Shown here: positions 60,609 through 64,000 of the stretch, piece by piece
Numbering within the stretch: the stretch's first letter is position 1
How the letters are laid out: each line of letters begins with the position of its first letter
NCBI GenBank assembly: GCA_052390235.1
Contig: JBQTHB010000005.1
Location: 256,001-320,000 of the forward strand
From: Deltaproteobacteria bacterium
GTDB lineage: Bacteria > Desulfobacterota_D > UBA1144 > Nemesobacterales > CSP1-2
Reading direction: 5' to 3'
DNA length: 64,000 nt
Position numbers and translations under genes: made by a program
The notes under the pieces: generated by a model
The model's database searches: none
The model's input: only the letters and a program-made list of their open reading frames with translations
What the model was told of the DNA's origin: nothing

Positions 60609-61751
60609 TTGTTGAAGTTTGAAGATTTAAATTTATCACCGAGCATTACCAGAGTCATCAAGGATCTGGGCCTTACGACTCCCACTCCGATTCAGGAGCA
60701 GGCAATTCCCCACGCAATGGCGGGCAGTGACATTATCGGGCAGGCGCAGACGGGAACGGGAAAGACCTTCGCTTTCGGAATACCTATAGTTGAGAAAGTA
60801 ATTCCCTCTCAGAAAGTGGTTCAAGCCATTATTCTTACCCCTACAAGGGAGCTTGCGATTCAAGTGGCAAAGGAGCTTGAGAAAATCAGCAAGCACCGGC
60901 GCATATTCGTGCTTCCGGTCTATGGGGGACAGCCGATAATAAAACAGCTCACCCCGCTAAAGCGCGGCGTCCATATCGTAGTGGGAACGCCGGGCAGGGT
61001 GATTGACCATCTAAGACGCGGCACTCTGAGCCTCAAATCCGTCAATTTTACCGTTTTGGATGAAGCCGACCGTATGCTCGACATGGGATTTATTGACGAT
61101 ATGAAGTTTATCCTCGCCGAAATTCCGAAGACATCTCAGATAATGCTCTTCTCAGCTACGATTCCATCGGAAATCGCGTGGCTTGCGAGGCGGTATATGA
61201 AAGAGCCTATCGAAGTGAGAGTTTCCAAGGACGCGCTGGCGACCCCTCAAACGCGGCAGATGTACTGCGAGGTCAAGGAGTTCTATAAGCTCGATGTTCT
61301 GAGCAACCTGATTGAATCCGAAGGGAGCGGGATATTTCTCGTCTTCAGAAAGACTAAATCGGGGGTTGATGACCTCGTTGCCGCGCTAAGCAACAGGGGA
61401 TTTAACGCCCTTGGGCTTCATGGCGACTACACTCAGAGCAAGAGGGATAAGGTCATGCGGCTATTCAGACGCGGCCAGGTGGACATCCTCGTTGCAACGG
61501 ACGTCGCCGCCAGGGGGCTTGATGTTGACGGCATCACCCACGTAGTCAACTACGATATGCCGCAGGACGCCGAAAGCTACATCCACAGAATCGGCAGAAC
61601 CGGAAGAGCCGGTAAAGAAGGGGTTGCTGTTACTTTTGCAACATATTGGGAAAACAGCGAAATCAAGAAATTTCAATCCATCGCCAAGGTGAAAATCGAG
61701 AAAATTTCCATCCCCACTACGCGCTACGCATCGGCGGCAGTGAGGGCATAA
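60609..61751 (+). CDS. DEAD-box RNA helicase
   Basis: PTPIQ, AQTGTGKT, PTRELA, DEAD, SAT, ARGLD, HRIGRTGR; TTG start with AGGAGG RBS. Confidence 0.96.
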   Translation: MLKFEDLNLSPSITRVIKDLGLTTPTPIQEQAIPHAMAGSDIIGQAQTGTGKTFAFGIPIVEKVIPSQKVVQAIILTPTRELAIQVAKELEKISKHRRIFVLPVYGGQPIIKQLTPLKRGVHIVVGTPGRVIDHLRRGTLSLKSVNFTVLDEADRMLDMGFIDDMKFILAEIPKTSQIMLFSATIPSEIAWLARRYMKEPIEVRVSKDALATPQTRQMYCEVKEFYKLDVLSNLIESEGSGIFLVFRKTKSGVDDLVAALSNRGFNALGLHGDYTQSKRDKVMRLFRRGQVDILVATDVAARGLDVDGITHVVNYDMPQDAESYIHRIGRTGRAGKEGVAVTFATYWENSEIKKFQSIAKVKIEKISIPTTRYASAAVRA

Positions 61752-62038
61752 ACGATACAATAATGGGGCGCGGCTCTTGCGAATATGAAGTGTCCGCGCT
61801 CATCTAACGCTGTAGCTACCCAGCAGATAAATACAAGAGGGCTAAATCGCTACCCTATCGAATTAGTCTATCGAGTCTGCCAAATCCCAGCCCGAAAGCA
61901 TTTTGCTTCCATAACAAAAAATTCTAGTTCTCTAACTACCCCAAAAATTAATGTCAATGCTCAGAGGATTGGGTAGAGATTGTCTCCCCCTACACTCGTT
62001 TGCGCCCTCTTGCCGCGGGTGATATGCTAATTCAGGCG

Positions 62039-63100
62039 ATGATAGTAGGAGTCCTGAGGGAGAGAAAAGTGCATGAATACAGAGTAGCCCTCACGCCTGA
62101 GGCGGTAGGGGCGCTTCGGTCTTCGGGGCATCGGGTTCTCATCGAGAGGGGCGCGGGCGCGGGATGTTCGATACCCGACGCCGATTTTGCCTCCTCAGGG
62201 GCAGAGATAGCCGACACAGCGGAGGAGCTATTTAAATCCTCAGACCTCATCGTAAAGGTAAAGGAACTTCAGTCCTCGGAATTCTCGCTTCTGCGCGAGG
62301 GAAAAACCCTATTTTCGTATCTGCATCTCGCCGCAAGCCCCGATTTTACCTCTGCCCTCATCCGAAGCGGCATCAGGGCTGTCGCGTTTGAGACCGTAGA
62401 GCTTTCAGATGGCTCACTCCCGCTTCTCCTGCCGATGAGCCGAATTGCGGGGAGGCTCTCCATTCAAGCCGGAGCGCATTACCTCGAAAAGCCTCAGGGC
62501 GGCAAGGGGGTACTCCTCGCAGGCTCTCCGGGTGTAAAGCCCGCAAAGGTGTTAATTGTTGGCGGAGGCGCTGTCGGCTACAACGCCGCTCTGTCGGCGC
62601 TGGGGCTGGGGGCTGAGGTCGTGGTCGTAGATAAGAGCATCAGGCGGCTCGATTTCTTCTATGAGCAGTTCGCGGGTAGAGTGAAAACCCTCCCCTCTTA
62701 CCCGGATGTGATTGGGGCGGAGATGACAAAAGCGGATTTAGCCATAGGGGCGGTTTTGGTAACTGGAGCCAAAGCCCCGCGCGTTATCACGAGAGGGATG
62801 ATTTCCCAAATGGAGAGTGGGTCAGTGTTTGCCGATGTTGCTATAGACCAGGGCGGATGCTCCGAGACGAGCCGCCCAACGGATCTCTCCTCGCCGGTTT
62901 ACGATGTTGATGGCGTGATTCACTACTGCGTAACCAACATCCCGTCGCTTGCGGCGAAGACTGCATCTTACGCCCTCTCGAATTCGATCCTGCCCTATGT
63001 TCTGAAGATTGCCGAAGGGGCTTGGGACGATAAACCGCTCGCCAAGGGTATAAATGTTGACCGCGGACGCCTGCTCATCAACCTCGGCGGCGATTCATGA
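62039..63100 (+). CDS. ald: Alanine dehydrogenase
   Basis: EYRVALTP, KVKE, YLHLAA, GGGAVG, VAIDQGGC, HYCVTNIP; likely ATG at 62039. Confidence 0.94.
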   Translation: MIVGVLRERKVHEYRVALTPEAVGALRSSGHRVLIERGAGAGCSIPDADFASSGAEIADTAEELFKSSDLIVKVKELQSSEFSLLREGKTLFSYLHLAASPDFTSALIRSGIRAVAFETVELSDGSLPLLLPMSRIAGRLSIQAGAHYLEKPQGGKGVLLAGSPGVKPAKVLIVGGGAVGYNAALSALGLGAEVVVVDKSIRRLDFFYEQFAGRVKTLPSYPDVIGAEMTKADLAIGAVLVTGAKAPRVITRGMISQMESGSVFADVAIDQGGCSETSRPTDLSSPVYDVDGVIHYCVTNIPSLAAKTASYALSNSILPYVLKIAEGAWDDKPLAKGINVDRGRLLINLGGDS

Positions 63101-63254
63101 TTCGCCGCGTGGGATTCAAGATACGGGATGAAATTTTGACCGCTCGCTCAATATGAAAATCCCGCATTAAGTCTCTATTGGCGTATTTAGGTAATTAAAG
63201 TTGCTATTCGCAAAAGTCTCGTCTGAGCCGAGATTCTGCAGGGAGGGTAGGGTC

Positions 63255-63797
63255 ATGAGAAAATTCTATGCCGTAACCGCAATGGGCAAAGACCGCCCGG
63301 GAATCGTCGCCGGGGTCTCGAAGGCGCTATTCAACCTAGGAGCGAATATCGAAGACTCCAGCATGACGATTCTTCGGAGCGAATTCGCCATGATTCTCAT
63401 CGTCTCGATGGAAGACGGCGGGGCGGATTTCGAAGCTGAATTCAGGGGACTCGTCGCCTCAATGGGGCTTTTTATTTCGGTAAATGCCCTCACTCAAAGC
63501 GAGGCAGAGCCGGAGAGGCTCGCCGCCGCAACCCCCTATATAATATCCGTCATCGGCACGGATAAGCCGGGAATTGTATGGCGCGTCGCCGAGCTTCTAG
63601 CATCCAAGGCGGTGAATATCACAGACCTCAGCGCGAAAGTAATTTCCGGCGAGGACACACTGGTATATACGATGATTATCGAGGCAAACGTCCCGGATGA
63701 TGCAGATATATCCGCTCTCGAGGCGGAACTCTCGTCCCTTGAGCGCGAGATGGCAATTGACGTCAACATCAGAAAATTAGAAATCCTCGAACTTTAG
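63255..63797 (+). CDS. Double ACT domain protein (GcvR-like)
   Basis: GKDRPGIV...NIEDSS and GTDKPGIV...NITDL repeats. Confidence 0.87.
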   Translation: MRKFYAVTAMGKDRPGIVAGVSKALFNLGANIEDSSMTILRSEFAMILIVSMEDGGADFEAEFRGLVASMGLFISVNALTQSEAEPERLAAATPYIISVIGTDKPGIVWRVAELLASKAVNITDLSAKVISGEDTLVYTMIIEANVPDDADISALEAELSSLEREMAIDVNIRKLEILEL

Positions 63798-63819
63798 CCC
63801 CCCCGCGTATGGAGCGAAA

Positions 63820-64000
63820 TTGCCCAATCTCACGGTGATTAAATACCCGCATCCGGCGCTGAGAGCGCCGTCCAAGCCCGTCGGAGAGATTACAGCTGAA
63901 ATCCGCGATTTGATTGACGGCATGACCGAGACTATGTACGCCTCGCCTGCCTGTGTTGGAGTTGCCGCCCCCCAGGTCGGACACTCGCTCAGGATTTTTG
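63820..64000 (+). CDS. def: Peptide deformylase, 5' part (runs off the window end)
   Basis: Not in the ORF track. TTG start after GGAG; translation LTVIKYPHPALR...MTETMYASPACVGVAAPQVG contains motif 1. Confidence 0.9.
   Translation, partial: MPNLTVIKYPHPALRAPSKPVGEITAEIRDLIDGMTETMYASPACVGVAAPQVGHSLRIF

Noticed and set aside
61755..62030. Possible small gene or sRNA between the helicase and ald (63-aa ORF; minus-strand TTGACA)
   Set aside because: No RBS, recognisable motif, convincing -10 element or stable structure.

Overview
Bacterial chromosomal window (standard genetic code, moderately GC-rich). Gene content and order resemble deltaproteobacterial/Desulfobacterota-like lineages, possibly Dadabacteria; this taxonomic call is low-confidence inference. 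Most of it is housekeeping: pilMNOPQ, a DsbA/DsbC-like oxidoreductase, purB, PIN-TRAM-ispD-ispF, comEC, rho, an orphan nuoM, MoxR, ftsB, gshA, rnhA, tyrS, a Lon-like protease, radA, trpEG, a phosphomannomutase, an opp/dpp ABC transporter, NfeD-SPFH, aguAB, a DEAD-box helicase, ald and def. It also carries three tRNAs (Glu-CTC, Ile2-CAT, Pro-CGG), the RNase P RNA gene and scattered REP-like palindromes. There are two AT-richer restriction-modification cassettes: an N4/N6 methyltransferase with an MvaI/BcnI-family endonuclease, and a C5 methyltransferase with a doubly frameshifted HaeII-family endonuclease and Vsr just after rnpB. The best candidate for an undescribed system is a co-oriented cluster of plsC, a 582-aa protein with a cryptic class II aldolase-type metal site, an atypical histidine phosphatase and a lipid kinase. 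Other notable signals: very strong GATC avoidance except inside the second RM cassette, a Dsb protein with tandem DsbC-like dimerization modules, a degenerate GGDEF protein with an intact I-site coupled to ftsB, and a structured leader upstream of the DEAD-box helicase. No CRISPR array, integrase or transposase was seen. All calls come from reading the sequence; no searches were run.
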